Source of the DNA: Deltaproteobacteria bacterium
Lineage (GTDB): Bacteria; Desulfobacterota; Dissulfuribacteria; Dissulfuribacterales; QOAL01
Assembly: GCA_024275145.1 (NCBI GenBank)
Contig: JAJRZR010000079.1
Coordinates: 384-64,383, forward strand
Direction of reading: 5' to 3'
DNA length: 64,000 nt
Position numbers and translations under genes: made by a program
The notes under the pieces: generated by a model
What the model was told of the DNA's origin: nothing
The model's input: the letters and a program-made list of their open reading frames with translations, nothing else
The model's database searches: none
Shown here: in pieces, positions 1 to 10,893 of the stretch
Layout: every line of letters starts with the position of its first letter
Position numbering within the stretch: the stretch's first letter is position 1

Positions 1-39
1 AAAGGGGACTAACCCTTGTCTATAAAATGGAGCTATAAA

Positions 40-915
40 ATGGAACTTTGGTACAAGGAATATCATACCCCTGGTGTTGCATTTTGCCTCAAGGTCAAGG
101 AGACACTCTTTTCCGGCAGATCATCTTACCAGGACATACAGGTGATAGATACGTGGGAATTTGGCAGGATACTTCTTCTGGACGGTCTTGTGATGATTTC
201 CCAGAGGGATGAATTCATATACCACGAAATGATGGCGCATCCAGCCATGTGCCTTCATCCCACGGCCAACAGATGCCTGGTCATAGGTGGGGGTGACGGT
301 GGAACGGTACGGGAGATCACAAGACATGACAGGCTTTCCAGTGTGACGCTTTGTGAGATAGACAGCCAGGTAATAGAAATAAGCAAAAGATTTTTTCCAG
401 AGGTGGCCAGTGCCCTGGGGCATGATCCAAGGGTGGAAATAGTAGTTGATGATGGGGTAAGATATGTTGATCAGCATCGTGATACCTTTGATTGCATATT
501 CGTCGATTCCACCGATCCTGTAGGCCCGGCAGAGGCCCTGTTTCAAGAGGATTTCTTCAGGAAATGCCACGCAGCCTTGAAGGCAGATGGGATACTTGTT
601 GCTCAGTCAGAGTCTCCCACCTATCACCTGGACCTTATGGGCCGGGTGAGAAGGGCGCTGTTGTCTACGGGTTTTACCCATGTGTATTTCTATTTCGCAC
701 CCGTACCTAGCTATCCTGGTTCCGTATGGAGCTGGGTCATGGCAAGCAAGAGATATCATCCTACAAGGGATCTTGGCACACTTAGGGGGCATGCATGGTC
801 CAAGGACCTGCGTTACTATAATCTCAAGATTCACAAGGCATCCTTTGCCATGCCGGAATATGTAAGGCAGGCCATTGCAGGGCCAATCGATTGCACGACC
901 CGGGATGAAACTTAA
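40..915 (+). CDS. speE: Spermidine synthase (polyamine aminopropyltransferase)
   Basis: ORF 16..915; first ATG at 40 (MELWYKEYH). Motifs seen: 'IYHEMMAHP', SAM-binding 'VIGGGDGGTVRE', 'VDSTDPVGPAE'. Confidence 0.9.
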   Translation: MELWYKEYHTPGVAFCLKVKETLFSGRSSYQDIQVIDTWEFGRILLLDGLVMISQRDEFIYHEMMAHPAMCLHPTANRCLVIGGGDGGTVREITRHDRLSSVTLCEIDSQVIEISKRFFPEVASALGHDPRVEIVVDDGVRYVDQHRDTFDCIFVDSTDPVGPAEALFQEDFFRKCHAALKADGILVAQSESPTYHLDLMGRVRRALLSTGFTHVYFYFAPVPSYPGSVWSWVMASKRYHPTRDLGTLRGHAWSKDLRYYNLKIHKASFAMPEYVRQAIAGPIDCTTRDET

Positions 916-919
916 CAAC

Positions 920-2767
920 ATGCGGCAGGGGCGTGGCACTTTTTTCAATGTACAGGGTTTTTCCAGATTGGAGAGGATTCCACGGTCTCCAGGGGTGTAC
1001 CTGTTCAGGGATCCAGAAGGTCGGCTACTTTACGTGGGAAAGGCCAAGGACCTGAGAAGCCGACTTGCCTCCTATTTCAGGAAAGGTTCCGACATGCCTT
1101 CAAAGACGCTCCTGATGTTAAAGAGGGCAGAGACCTTTGAAATAATAGTTACGCCATCGGAAAAGGACGCCCTTATCCTTGAGGCGTCGCTGATAAAGGA
1201 TCAACACCCCCGTTACAACATCCAGCTAAGGGATGACAAGGCCTATCCCTTTGTCCGGTTGGACGTCAGGGCTGAGTTTCCAAGGCTCGGTATCGTCAGA
1301 CGGAAAAAGGCCGATAATGCCCTCTATTTTGGCCCCTATACCTCGGCAAGGGCTGTAAGACAGGTAGTAAGGCTCGTTTCTTCGGTATTCAAACTGAGGA
1401 CATGCACAAAAAAGGCCATGAAGAACAGACATCGGCCATGCATACAATACCAGATAGGCCGTTGCAGCGCTCCGTGTACCGGGATGATAGACAGGGAAGA
1501 CTACTTGGCCCAGGCAAGCAAGGCAAGGCTGTTTCTGGAGGGCAGGTCCGGGCATCTTATTAAGGAACTCAAAGAGGCCATGAAGAAGGCCGCCATGGCC
1601 TTGGAGTTTGAAAAGGCCGCATGCATCAGGGACCAGATCTATGCCATTGACAAGGTACTTGAAAAACAAACAGTAGTGCCAGGCACAACAACAAAATTGG
1701 ATGCCATAGGCATCGCGGCAAGTGATGAGACCATATTCGTCTCTATACTGGAGATAAGGGGAGGGGCGGTAAGGGGTCAGTATATACGTAGATTTCAGGC
1801 TGGCATAGAAAGGGAGGAGGGCGCAGTACTTTCTGCAGTTCTCACGAAGCTTTACCACGAAATACTGCCCCCGTCCCAGATCCTCGTGCCCATGCCTCCT
1901 GATGATATCGATGCGATTGTTCCATGGCTCTGCGATAGGGTTGGCAGGGATGTCGTGCTGGTGTGTCCATCCCGTGGTATAAAGCTTCGTCTGGTAAGAA
2001 TGGCTGTTGAAAACGCAAGGCAGGCAGCATTGGCAACTGCACGTGAAGAGGAATCGTGGCACAGGCTTGCAATCCGCCTGAAGGACCTTCTACACCTGAG
2101 GAAGGCGCCTGTTACCGTGGAAGGCATCGATATATCCACTACTGGTGGTGAGGTCCCGGTGGGAAGCCTTGTGGCCTTCGAGTCCGGAAGGCCTAGAAAG
2201 GCAGGATACAGACATTATAATATAAAAAGTGTCGAGGGGATGAATGATTTTGCCATGATCAGTGAGGTCCTTAGGAGAAGACTCAAGCATGCCTCGGAGA
2301 GGATGGATCTTCCGGACCTATTCCTCATAGACGGTGGAAGGGGCCAGTTGAGCCAAGCGGTTTCCGTGCTCAGGGAGGAATTCCCCGCTATGGAACCGGG
2401 CCTGGCCGCCATGGCAAAGCCCCCTGGGAAAGAGGGAGACAGAATATTCCTTCCAGATCGGTCAATGCCCTTGTGCCTTCCAAGGCACGACCAGGCGCTG
2501 CTTTTTCTGCAAAGGGTAAGGGACGAGGCCCATAGGTTTGGAATCAGGTTCCATCGGAAAATGCGTAATGCAAACGCAATGGTAACGGATCTAGTCAAAA
2601 TTCCAGGCGTAGGCCCGGCAAGACAACGCCTGCTGCTCAGGCATTTCGGAAGCCTCACCAGGGTCAAGCAGGCGTCCGTGGCACAGTTGGAGATGGTCCC
2701 CGGACTGCCAAAGCCGTTGGCTGCCAGGATCTACGAATATTTTAACAGAGAAAATGTGGGCACATAA
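920..2767 (+). CDS. uvrC: Excinuclease ABC subunit C
   Basis: ORF 875..2767. GIY-YIG 'GVYLFRDPEGRLLYVGKAKDLRSRLASYF', UVR motif 'ALEFEKAACIRDQIYAIDKV', C-terminal HhH 'IPGVGPARQRLLLRHFGS'. Start uncertain (TTG 875, ATG 905 or ATG 920). Confidence 0.92.
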   Translation: MRQGRGTFFNVQGFSRLERIPRSPGVYLFRDPEGRLLYVGKAKDLRSRLASYFRKGSDMPSKTLLMLKRAETFEIIVTPSEKDALILEASLIKDQHPRYNIQLRDDKAYPFVRLDVRAEFPRLGIVRRKKADNALYFGPYTSARAVRQVVRLVSSVFKLRTCTKKAMKNRHRPCIQYQIGRCSAPCTGMIDREDYLAQASKARLFLEGRSGHLIKELKEAMKKAAMALEFEKAACIRDQIYAIDKVLEKQTVVPGTTTKLDAIGIAASDETIFVSILEIRGGAVRGQYIRRFQAGIEREEGAVLSAVLTKLYHEILPPSQILVPMPPDDIDAIVPWLCDRVGRDVVLVCPSRGIKLRLVRMAVENARQAALATAREEESWHRLAIRLKDLLHLRKAPVTVEGIDISTTGGEVPVGSLVAFESGRPRKAGYRHYNIKSVEGMNDFAMISEVLRRRLKHASERMDLPDLFLIDGGRGQLSQAVSVLREEFPAMEPGLAAMAKPPGKEGDRIFLPDRSMPLCLPRHDQALLFLQRVRDEAHRFGIRFHRKMRNANAMVTDLVKIPGVGPARQRLLLRHFGSLTRVKQASVAQLEMVPGLPKPLAARIYEYFNRENVGT

Positions 2768-2922
2768 CCCTCGTACCCTGGGTCAGGAGCATTCCATGTT
2801 TGTCCCCGAACCGCACCGAAACCATTAGAAGATCCGCCCTTGGCCGAAGGGGCTAAGAGGCATATTCTGAAAATGGGAGGTGCAGGTAAATGCTCCCCCT
2901 GGATTTCATACCTGGAGGTACT

Positions 2923-4743
2923 ATGGCGAATATAAAGGTCCTGCCTGCTCACGTGGCCAACCAGATTGCCGCAGGAGAGGTGGTAGAGCGGCCGGCCTCG
3001 GTAGTCAAGGAATTGATTGAAAACGCAATAGATGCCGGCGCTACGAAGATTGTCACCCATACAGAGGATGGTGGCAGGGCACTGATTCGGGTCAGCGACA
3101 ACGGCCCTGGTATGGGGCGGGACGACCTGGAGCTTTCGGTAGAACCACATGCCACAAGCAAGATAGGCACGGCAGGCGATCTCGATAACATACATACCCT
3201 GGGTTTCAGGGGAGAGGCGCTCCCGAGTATTGCCGCTGTGTCCCGTTTCTCCATAACCTCCAGGCTGGCGGAATCGGTGGAAGGCTGGAAGATAAGAATA
3301 GATTTCGGCAGGAATAAACGCATTAAACCAACAGGCTGCCAGGCCGGTACCGTGGTAGAGGCCAGGGACATATTCATGGAGCTTCCCGCCAGGCGCAAAT
3401 TTCTCAAAGGCAAGCGGTCGGAAGCAGCACACATTGCCCAGGTCATAAGACAGTTTGCGGTGTGTTTTCATGAGATAGAATTTGTTTTGAAGAGCGGGAG
3501 CCGGGAAGTCTTTCGATCCAAGGCAAGTATCAAGGGGGTTGGACGTCTATTGCCGCTTTTTGGTGATGAGGCACTGGAGCACATGGTCAGAATAGAGGGA
3601 AAGTCGCTATCCGCCACGGTTGAGGGCATGGTATCCCTGCCTGAAGAGACAAGGACAAGCTCCCGTGCCTTGTATTTCTTCCTGAACCGAAGGCCTGTAA
3701 AAAGCAGACTGCTGTGGAAGGCATTCAATGATGCCTACAGAGGCTATCTGGTAAAGGGAACATTCCCCATGGGAGCCGTATTTATTGAGATAGATCCTTC
3801 ACAAGTAGATGTAAACGTACATCCCCAAAAGCAAGAGGTGAAATTCCACAGGGGAGAGGATATCTACAGGCTTATTTATCATGCTGTGAGACAGGCCCTT
3901 GAGACCAAAAGGGGTAGCCTTGTCGGTAAAGGGCAGATATCGGTCGGTAAATGCCCTCCGCCTGGTGCCGTTGAAGGTAACAGATACGGCGCTGTCCCAG
4001 TGGACGGCCCTGGAGATGAATGCCGGGTATCCGAGGTGCTACCGCTTCCCTGGGAGAACAAGACCCCAGCAGGTGCCTGCTTTTTCCCGATTGCCGACAG
4101 GCAACCTTCATCTTTTGCCCGCAGGCCAGATTACCAGAATCCTGAGCCGATCCCTGGGGCTGACCACACTGGGATAAGGGCTATAGGCCAGCTTGCAGAT
4201 AGCTACATCGTTGCCCAGGATGGACAGGACCTGATTCTCATCGATCAACATGCAGCGCACGAGGCCGTAATCTTCAGCCGATTGAAACGTATGTTCGAGG
4301 AAAATGGAGAACTTCCAGGCCAGAAACTCATGTTCCCTCTGGTCATCGAACGCTCACCTTCGCAGATTTCAGGAATACAGCGGATAATATCGGTGCTAGA
4401 ACGTCTCGGGATAGTACTGGAAATCTTTGGGGATGATGCAATATTGATACGATCTGTGCCCGATTTTTTCGATGTACAAGGTGCACCGGAGGCAACGGTA
4501 TCCAGGGTGCTTGACAGGCTGCTCCAGGACCCTGAAGGCCGCCTTCCGGATCTGTTGCATGAGATCCTTGGTGAGATGGCTTGTCACGCGGCAATAAAGG
4601 CCAATCATCGGCTACAGCAGGAAGAGATGGATGCCCTGATAAAAGAAGTTGGGGAAGAAGGGGTGACGAATTGCCCGCATGGAAGGCCTGTAATCCAGAG
4701 AATAACCATCAACGAAATCACTAAGGGTTTTAAGCGTACCTGA
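2923..4743 (+). CDS. mutL: DNA mismatch repair protein MutL
   Basis: ORF 2890..4743; ATG 2923 follows GGAGG. N-terminal GHKL ATPase 'VANQIAAGEVVERPASVVKELIENAIDAGA'. Confidence 0.93.
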   Translation: MANIKVLPAHVANQIAAGEVVERPASVVKELIENAIDAGATKIVTHTEDGGRALIRVSDNGPGMGRDDLELSVEPHATSKIGTAGDLDNIHTLGFRGEALPSIAAVSRFSITSRLAESVEGWKIRIDFGRNKRIKPTGCQAGTVVEARDIFMELPARRKFLKGKRSEAAHIAQVIRQFAVCFHEIEFVLKSGSREVFRSKASIKGVGRLLPLFGDEALEHMVRIEGKSLSATVEGMVSLPEETRTSSRALYFFLNRRPVKSRLLWKAFNDAYRGYLVKGTFPMGAVFIEIDPSQVDVNVHPQKQEVKFHRGEDIYRLIYHAVRQALETKRGSLVGKGQISVGKCPPPGAVEGNRYGAVPVDGPGDECRVSEVLPLPWENKTPAGACFFPIADRQPSSFARRPDYQNPEPIPGADHTGIRAIGQLADSYIVAQDGQDLILIDQHAAHEAVIFSRLKRMFEENGELPGQKLMFPLVIERSPSQISGIQRIISVLERLGIVLEIFGDDAILIRSVPDFFDVQGAPEATVSRVLDRLLQDPEGRLPDLLHEILGEMACHAAIKANHRLQQEEMDALIKEVGEEGVTNCPHGRPVIQRITINEITKGFKRT

Positions 4744-5705
4744 TGAGAGAATCGAAACATGGTCAAGACCACGCATTGCCAGCACCTTTCCCGGCGGTGG
4801 CCCTCGTTGGCCCGACTGCGGTAGGGAAGACTGCCCTTTCCATCAGGCTCGCTAGGCAGATAAACGCAGAGATTGTCAACGTGGATTCCATCCAGGTCTA
4901 TAGGGGGCTTGACATAGGGTCGGCCAAGCCCGTCCCTGAAGAAAGAAGCTCTGTTCCACACCACCTGCTGGATATCGTTGAACCCGATGAGCCATTTGAT
5001 GCAGCGGATTTTTTAAGGATGGCCCAAAGGGTGCTGCTGGACATAAGATCAAGGGGAAAAACGGTCCTCCTTACAGGCGGGACCGGCCTGTACCTCAAGG
5101 CATTGACTGAAGGGCTTGCCGAATGCCCTGGACAGGACCCGGTACTGCGGACGGTCTTGAAAAGGGTCGCGGCGTCAATGGGCAGGCGCTACCTGCATGA
5201 CCTCCTAAGGAAGGTAGACCCCGAGTCCGCGGACAGGATACACAAAAACGACCTATTCCGGGTAATACGGGCACTCGAGGTCTTCTATGCTACCGGCCGC
5301 CCCTTGTCCGCATGGCACAGGCTCCATCGCCTGAAGAGAGGAAGACTCGTGGTGTCGTGCAGGAAGATAGGGCTCATGAGGCCTAGGGAGGAACTCTACA
5401 AGAGGATCGGGCAGCGGGTGGAACGCATGATGGAGCAAGGATTTCTGGAAGAGGTAAAGGGTCTACTTGAAAAGGGTTTTCATAGGGATCTTAAGCCATT
5501 GCAATCCCTGGGATACCGGCATATTATTGCCTACCTGTATGGCGAGCTCACCCTCTCCGATGCAATGGAACAGCTCAAGAGGGATACTAGGCGCTATGCC
5601 AAGAGACAGATCACCTGGTTCAGGTCGGATCCGTCCATCCGGTGGTTTAACCCGGAAAAACTTATCAAGGAAAAAGACATTTGGAAAGCCATTGAATATT
5701 CCTAA
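4743..5705 (+). CDS. miaA: tRNA dimethylallyltransferase
   Basis: P-loop 'LVGPTAVGKTALSI'; 'VNVDSIQVYRGLDIGSAKP'; ATG overlaps the mutL TGA by 1 nt. Confidence 0.9.
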   Translation: MRESKHGQDHALPAPFPAVALVGPTAVGKTALSIRLARQINAEIVNVDSIQVYRGLDIGSAKPVPEERSSVPHHLLDIVEPDEPFDAADFLRMAQRVLLDIRSRGKTVLLTGGTGLYLKALTEGLAECPGQDPVLRTVLKRVAASMGRRYLHDLLRKVDPESADRIHKNDLFRVIRALEVFYATGRPLSAWHRLHRLKRGRLVVSCRKIGLMRPREELYKRIGQRVERMMEQGFLEEVKGLLEKGFHRDLKPLQSLGYRHIIAYLYGELTLSDAMEQLKRDTRRYAKRQITWFRSDPSIRWFNPEKLIKEKDIWKAIEYS

Positions 5706-6231
5706 CTTTCTCACCCTTGGCAGGATATTATTGACCCCTCTTCTGGTTATTATGCTAATAAATAGACGCTATGCCGAGGCATTGGGGGTCTTTGCAGCAG
5801 CGGGTTTCACCGATGCCCTGGACGGTTTGATCGCAAGGTGGATGAGGCAGAAGACCAGGATCGGTGCCATACTAGATCCAGTGGCAGACAAGCTGCTATT
5901 GACCTCTTCCTACGTTACCCTTGCGGTTATAGGCATCTTGCCGAACTGGCTTGCTGTGACCGTAATAAGCCGGGACGTAATCATTGTATTTGGTGTCCTG
6001 ATATTGTTTCTTTTCCACGGTGGAGTCGAGATCTGCCCCACCATTGTCAGCAAAATAACCACCCTTTTTCAGCTTGGAACGATATTTACAGTGCTTCTAA
6101 ACCGCGAGATTGTATGGTTCGATCAGTTACTACCCCTGCTTTATTGGTCCACTGCCGGGCTGACAGTGATATCTGGGCTTCACTATATGTACAGGGGCTT
6201 TCGTCTTCTGGGCTCTGAAGAAGGACCTTAG
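5692..6231 (+). CDS. pgsA: CDP-alcohol phosphatidyltransferase (PgsA-like)
   Basis: Track ORF 5467..6231, but its first 75 codons overlap miaA. TTG at 5692 gives a typical N-terminus '(M)NIPNFLTLGRILL'. Motif 'DALDGLIARWMRQKTRIGAILDPVADK' matches D-G-x2-A-R-x8-G-x3-D-x3-D. Confidence 0.8.
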   Translation: MNIPNFLTLGRILLTPLLVIMLINRRYAEALGVFAAAGFTDALDGLIARWMRQKTRIGAILDPVADKLLLTSSYVTLAVIGILPNWLAVTVISRDVIIVFGVLILFLFHGGVEICPTIVSKITTLFQLGTIFTVLLNREIVWFDQLLPLLYWSTAGLTVISGLHYMYRGFRLLGSEEGP

Positions 6232-6363
6232 TAGATCGATAATAGGGTAGTTCAATAATTCAAGTGAACACATTTCCTTCCAATGCCGGGGGAAGGTCAT
6301 GTCATCGTCGCGTCATGGCAAAAAGAATCCATGATGCGGGCATATTACCTGTTATAGGGCATA

Positions 6364-7221
6364 TTAAGACATCAGGATGTTACACAGCGTGTCTATACGC
6401 TCGCTTTCATTCAAGGCGGCCTGTTCCATATCTGCCAGTGTATTGCGGTCGAGGGAGAGCTGTTCCAGCAAGGCATTGGATACCGGTTCAAGTGGGGCCT
6501 TCAGGCTCTTTTTTCCCATGAAGTCGGCCAGGTGATTGGCAAGGCTTATGACCACCAGGTATTTGGGAGGAGCGGGCATGACTATCAACGGGTTATGGTG
6601 CCTGTAGGCAACTACCTGAAAAGGTTCTGGAAGATCCCATTTCTCAGCAAGTTTTGCCCCCCATAGCTGATGATCCACCCCCCATGCCTCTTCAAGATCC
6701 TTTCTCGAAAGCTCGCTCTCCTCAGTTATGGCATTGAAGACCTTGGGTGCCTGGGCCAGCACCACAAGCCAGCCTATATCATGGAGTAACCCCAGGGTAT
6801 AGAGATCCGGTTCCTCTATATCAAGTCCCATGTCCTGTGCCAGAATCGCAGTGGCAAGGAGATGCTCCCACAACTGGATAGCGTGGGCCTTTACCTCAGG
6901 AGCCACTGTCATGAAGCGTCTGGCAAGGCAAGCACCCAGTGCAATCTTTTTTACCTCATTGATTCCCAGAAGAACAATGGCATGCTTTATGGATGTAACC
7001 TCTATACTCAAGGCATAGAAGGCACTATTGGTAGCCTGGAGGATCTTTAGGGTCAATGTCGGATCCTGGCTTACGATATCACTCAGTTCCGAGGGTTCCA
7101 CCTTGTCCTTGCCAGCTATTTCAAGAAGCTTGTGCGCAATTGAGGGAAGGGTTGGCAGATCTTCACTCTCCCAATCGATTGCAAGGAGTTCTGTATTTTT
7201 TTCAACCATACCTGTCTCCAA
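6364..7221 (-). CDS. HDOD domain signalling protein
   Basis: 'LPTLPSIAHKLLEIAGKDKVEPSELSDIVSQDPTLTLKILQATNSAFYAL' and a later 'LGLLHDIGWL' HD-like core. Confidence 0.8.
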   Translation of the reverse strand: METGMVEKNTELLAIDWESEDLPTLPSIAHKLLEIAGKDKVEPSELSDIVSQDPTLTLKILQATNSAFYALSIEVTSIKHAIVLLGINEVKKIALGACLARRFMTVAPEVKAHAIQLWEHLLATAILAQDMGLDIEEPDLYTLGLLHDIGWLVVLAQAPKVFNAITEESELSRKDLEEAWGVDHQLWGAKLAEKWDLPEPFQVVAYRHHNPLIVMPAPPKYLVVISLANHLADFMGKKSLKAPLEPVSNALLEQLSLDRNTLADMEQAALNESERIDTLCNILMS

Positions 7222-7265
7222 GATATGAATAATGTGACCAGTGCAGCCTGACTCAGCAAGTGATC

Positions 7266-8048
7266 TCAGTCGGTGTCATCCTGACTTGTTTTCTTATCGG
7301 ACCGTTTCTGGTCACGAATGAATGGCCTGAAAAGATCTATTGGGATCGGAAACAGGGTAGTCGAATTGTTCTCGGCCGAGATCTCCCTAAGGGTCTGGAG
7401 ATAGCGCAGTTGCAGGGCCGCCGGGGCCTTGTTTATTATTTCCGCTGCCTGGGCAAGCTTTTCTGCTGCCTGGAATTCGCCCTCGGCATTTATTATCTTG
7501 GAACGCCTCTCCCTTTCGGCCTCAGCCTGTTTTGCCATGGCCCGTTTCATCTCATCCGGAAGGTCGATATCCTTGACCTCCACCTTACTTACCTTTACTC
7601 CCCATGGTTCTGTGTCGAGGTCAAGGATGTTTTGTATCTTTTCGTTTATCTGCTCTCTCTCGGCAAGAAGGGTGTCAAGTTCTGCCTGTCCACATACACT
7701 CCTGAGGGTGGTCTGTGCAAGCTGTGAGGTGGCAAAAAGGAAATTTTCCACCTCTATTACCGCTGAAACCGGATCCATCACCCTGAAATACACCACTGCG
7801 CTCACCTTCACAGAGACATTGTCCCTGGTGATGATATCCTGTGACGGGACATCCAGCGTGATGGTTCTAAGATCCACCTTCTTCATCTTATCGATCACTG
7901 GAATCAGGATGATAATGCCCGGGCCCTTGGCCTTTATCACCCTGCCAAGACGAAAGATAACCCCCCGTTCATACTCGTTCAGGATCCTTATGGCAGTGGC
8001 AAGGAAACCTATTACTACGAAGATCAGAAAGGCAAGAGAGATTGTCAT
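7266..8048 (-). CDS. SPFH/band-7 stomatin-like protein (slipin)
   Basis: N-terminal TM followed by '[29 protein letters not shown]'. Start overlaps the nfeD stop (ATGA). Confidence 0.9.
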   Translation of the reverse strand: MTISLAFLIFVVIGFLATAIRILNEYERGVIFRLGRVIKAKGPGIIILIPVIDKMKKVDLRTITLDVPSQDIITRDNVSVKVSAVVYFRVMDPVSAVIEVENFLFATSQLAQTTLRSVCGQAELDTLLAEREQINEKIQNILDLDTEPWGVKVSKVEVKDIDLPDEMKRAMAKQAEAERERRSKIINAEGEFQAAEKLAQAAEIINKAPAALQLRYLQTLREISAENNSTTLFPIPIDLFRPFIRDQKRSDKKTSQDDTD

Positions 8049-9439
8049 GTGGTGTGCTCCTTCTCTTTGTCTATTGGCTTGACATCCAGGATAAGTCCCT
8101 TGACAGAGGCAATCTGGACCTTAGTGCCTGGCGGTATGGGGCTGTCGCTTCTTGCACGCCAAAGTTCCCCATGGACGAACACAAGGCCGTCTTGCGGATC
8201 TACCTGCCTGCGGACCGTTCCGATTGCCCCTATCAATGCCTCCATCCCTGCCCTTGGCCTGGAAAGGGTAGCCCTTGCAGCCAGGAAGACTGTGCCCCCG
8301 AGGAAGAGCACCACGGTAACCAGCGTTGGCCAGAGCACTCCAGCGGTCACCTTGACCCCGGTGGCTGGGGTGTCAAACAACATGACAGAGCCAAGTATCA
8401 GGGAAATTGCCCCTCCTATCCCCAACAATCCATGACTGGTAATAAACAACTCGGCAATGAAGAGTACTATGCCAAGGAAATACAGTGCCAGCCCCACGGT
8501 GTTTACCGGAAGTGCCTGCATCGCATATAGACCAAGCAACAGGCTGATTCCACCTATTATCCCTGGAAACATGGTGCCAGGATTTGCAAGCTCAAAGTAT
8601 AGCCCCGCCACCCCGATCATCATGAGTATATAGGCGATGTTTGGATCCCCTATGGCCGAAAGTATCTTTTCCCTTAGGTTTTCCCTGACCCATATCAGGC
8701 GGGCACCCCCGGTCTTTAGCAGGACCTCTTTACCTGTGAGCCTTATCATTCTATCATCCATCTTGGAAAGAAGATCATCCATGTTCTCTGCTATCAGGTC
8801 GATCACCTTCAACCTGAGGGCCTCATCAGCGGTAGCTGAAACACTCTTCCTTACCGCATCCTCTGCCCATTTCATGTTCCTGCCCCTTTGGACCGCTATA
8901 GATCGGGCCATGGCTGCCAGATCGTTTTCCACCTTCTTCTTCATTACGTTGTCCTTGACCTCGTCCGGTGATAGGCCCACGGGATGGGCGGCCCCTATGT
9001 TGGTTCCCGGGGCCATGGCTGCAATATTGGCAGACATAGTAAGGATGGCACCTGCCGACGCTGCCCTTGCCCCGGAAGGGGCTACATAGACCACAATCGG
9101 TACAGAAGATGCCATCACCCTCTGGACCATTTGTCTCAGGGTGGAAACCAGGCCGCCCGGGGTGTCGAGTTCTATAATCAGGCATGAACCATTGGCCTGG
9201 GCCAGATCTAGGGCCCGGGCAAACAGTTGATATGTGCCAGGATTGATGCTCCCCTTTATATCCACCAGGTAGATAACCGGATTCTGTGGCGTAGCGGGCA
9301 GGACTGTATCGTCTTCCCCTGCGAGCAGGAAATAATGGACAAGGATAAGTAACAAAAGAGGGGTGGAAAGCCCTGGTGTTCTGCCCGCCCTATGCGTTCT
9401 TGCTGGCCACATATTCTTTCTCAAGCATTTGAAGGTCAT
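8045..9439 (-). CDS. NfeD-family membrane-bound ClpP-class serine protease
   Basis: ClpP-like N-domain '[19 protein letters not shown]', multi-TM middle, C-terminal OB '[26 protein letters not shown]'. This is the classic partner of the downstream stomatin gene. Start could be 9412. Confidence 0.85.
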   Translation of the reverse strand: MTFKCLRKNMWPARTHRAGRTPGLSTPLLLLILVHYFLLAGEDDTVLPATPQNPVIYLVDIKGSINPGTYQLFARALDLAQANGSCLIIELDTPGGLVSTLRQMVQRVMASSVPIVVYVAPSGARAASAGAILTMSANIAAMAPGTNIGAAHPVGLSPDEVKDNVMKKKVENDLAAMARSIAVQRGRNMKWAEDAVRKSVSATADEALRLKVIDLIAENMDDLLSKMDDRMIRLTGKEVLLKTGGARLIWVRENLREKILSAIGDPNIAYILMMIGVAGLYFELANPGTMFPGIIGGISLLLGLYAMQALPVNTVGLALYFLGIVLFIAELFITSHGLLGIGGAISLILGSVMLFDTPATGVKVTAGVLWPTLVTVVLFLGGTVFLAARATLSRPRAGMEALIGAIGTVRRQVDPQDGLVFVHGELWRARSDSPIPPGTKVQIASVKGLILDVKPIDKEKEHTT

Positions 9440-10208
9440 GCCATGCCTCTCTTTTCAAATTTTTTTGGCGCATTCCTCCAAAACGCAACAGATATGCCGG
9501 GTGATATGTGACCATGACCCTGGCGTTATCCAGCCTGTGCCATCTGCCCCTCAAAGATGTCAAAGGATTGTCTGTCTTGAACAGGGTATGGGCGGCTATC
9601 AGGCCGAGTGCAAGTATGAACGACGGCCTGATCAATTCGATTTGCCTGAAAAGAAAGGGAGCGCATCTTTCGATCTCATGCTGTTCAGGCGTCCTGTTGC
9701 CAGGGGGGCGGCACTTAACCACGCTCGTTATGAAACATTCCGTACGGGAGATATTGATTGCCCTAAGCATCTTGGTGAGAAGCTCTCCCGATACACCTAC
9801 GAATGGCCTACCTTCCTGATCCTCCTGACGTCCAGGCGCCTCCCCTACTACCAACAGGCGCGCGTCTTCAGGCCCTTCGCCAAATACTACGTTGGTCCTA
9901 TATCTATGAAGATCGCACCCTGTGCATTTTTCCACCTTTGATTTCAACCCGGGCAAGGTATCGGAGCCTGGAGCGGAGACGCTACTGCCAGGGACGCCGT
10001 CCCTGCTCCTGCCCGCGAAGAAGTGCCCTCCCGGCACATTCTTCCTGGCAGGATCGTGGGTATCGGCGGATGACAGGAACCCGGATATTCCAGGAGAGCT
10101 GGATACGAATTCCATACCCAGGGATTGCTGGAACCTTAACCACGAACGGATATCCTCAATCAGCCCGAGATACCCTTTACCCATGGCGGTACCTCCTTTG
10201 CCATACAA
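9390..10208 (-). CDS. Uracil-DNA glycosylase, family 4, with N-terminal extension of about 90 aa
   Basis: 'CTGCDLH...VVFGEGPEDARLLVVGEAPGRQEDQEGRPFVGVSGELLTKML' and 'MVTYHPAYLLR'. Start uncertain (10208 or 10184). Confidence 0.85.
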   Translation of the reverse strand: MYGKGGTAMGKGYLGLIEDIRSWLRFQQSLGMEFVSSSPGISGFLSSADTHDPARKNVPGGHFFAGRSRDGVPGSSVSAPGSDTLPGLKSKVEKCTGCDLHRYRTNVVFGEGPEDARLLVVGEAPGRQEDQEGRPFVGVSGELLTKMLRAINISRTECFITSVVKCRPPGNRTPEQHEIERCAPFLFRQIELIRPSFILALGLIAAHTLFKTDNPLTSLRGRWHRLDNARVMVTYHPAYLLRFGGMRQKNLKREAWHDLQMLEKEYVASKNA

Positions 10209-10554
10209 ATCTTGCCAGAATGAAAATACCTGCCCCCAGTATCAATCCAATAGTATCCGCTGTCCAGTCCCTTATATCAGGGGTCCTGCCGGGAACGAAG
10301 CCCTGGTGAAATTCGTCTGTGGCCGCATAAATGGAACCAATCGCCACCGCCTGAAAGAATGGCCGCATCTTATCCTCGTCGATCTTCAGGCCGTTACTGC
10401 GCCACCAATAGAGCAGGAAACCAAACCCGGTGTACTCCATGCCATGCATTATAAAATCGCTGGTAGGCAGTTGACCGACCTCAGTTCCTGTAAGGGATGA
10501 AAAAAAGAATATCAGGCCTGCATAGATCAAACAGAGGAGGAACGATTTATGCAT
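10177..10554 (-). CDS. VanZ-like membrane protein
   Basis: Track ORF 10177..10656; ATG 10554 gives a TM-first N-terminus 'MHKSFLLCLIYAGLIFFF'. Motif 'TDEFHQGFVPGRTPDIRDWTADTIG'. Confidence 0.7.
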   Translation of the reverse strand: MHKSFLLCLIYAGLIFFFSSLTGTEVGQLPTSDFIMHGMEYTGFGFLLYWWRSNGLKIDEDKMRPFFQAVAIGSIYAATDEFHQGFVPGRTPDIRDWTADTIGLILGAGIFILARFVWQRRYRHG

Positions 10555-10893
10555 CGGGGATCTCTTGTAGAATGAAAGTGTTGTATGATTCCGTACGCGT
10601 ACTTTTATCGTCTTTGCCCCTTCCGCTTGCATCCTCGGCAAATCCGCAAGCTGCACAACCCGGGATGATTCGCTTGACGATAAAAATAGAGTAAACTATG
10701 AATGACAGTCTGTCAGCAGATTGATGGATATTTGCCATCTCAAGCGGTATATAAATCCAGCAGGAATGGGGACCTCGTCGACGGGGTCGCTGGGGCGGTA
10801 TTTTTTTGTATGTACAACATTTCCTGTGCCTTTTTTAGAAGGGATTGCTGATCGTCCGTCTCAGCATGAATAAAATTTGGAGGAATAAAAAAC

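Noticed and set aside
5467-5691. N-terminal 75 codons of the track ORF 5467..6231
   Set aside because: This stretch overlaps the 3' end of miaA in another frame. The TTG at 5692 yields the canonical PgsA-type N-terminus, so the extension is an ORF-calling artefact.
7429-8082. 217-aa + strand ORF, and similar long antisense ORFs at 33163..33819, 24681..25385, 56141..56854, 8637..9089, 1226..2062 and 2731..3471
   Set aside because: Each lies fully inside, and antisense to, a confidently identified gene (stomatin, motA, aspS, spmAB-like, nfeD, uvrC, mutL). Each has a low-complexity S/P/A/R-rich translation.
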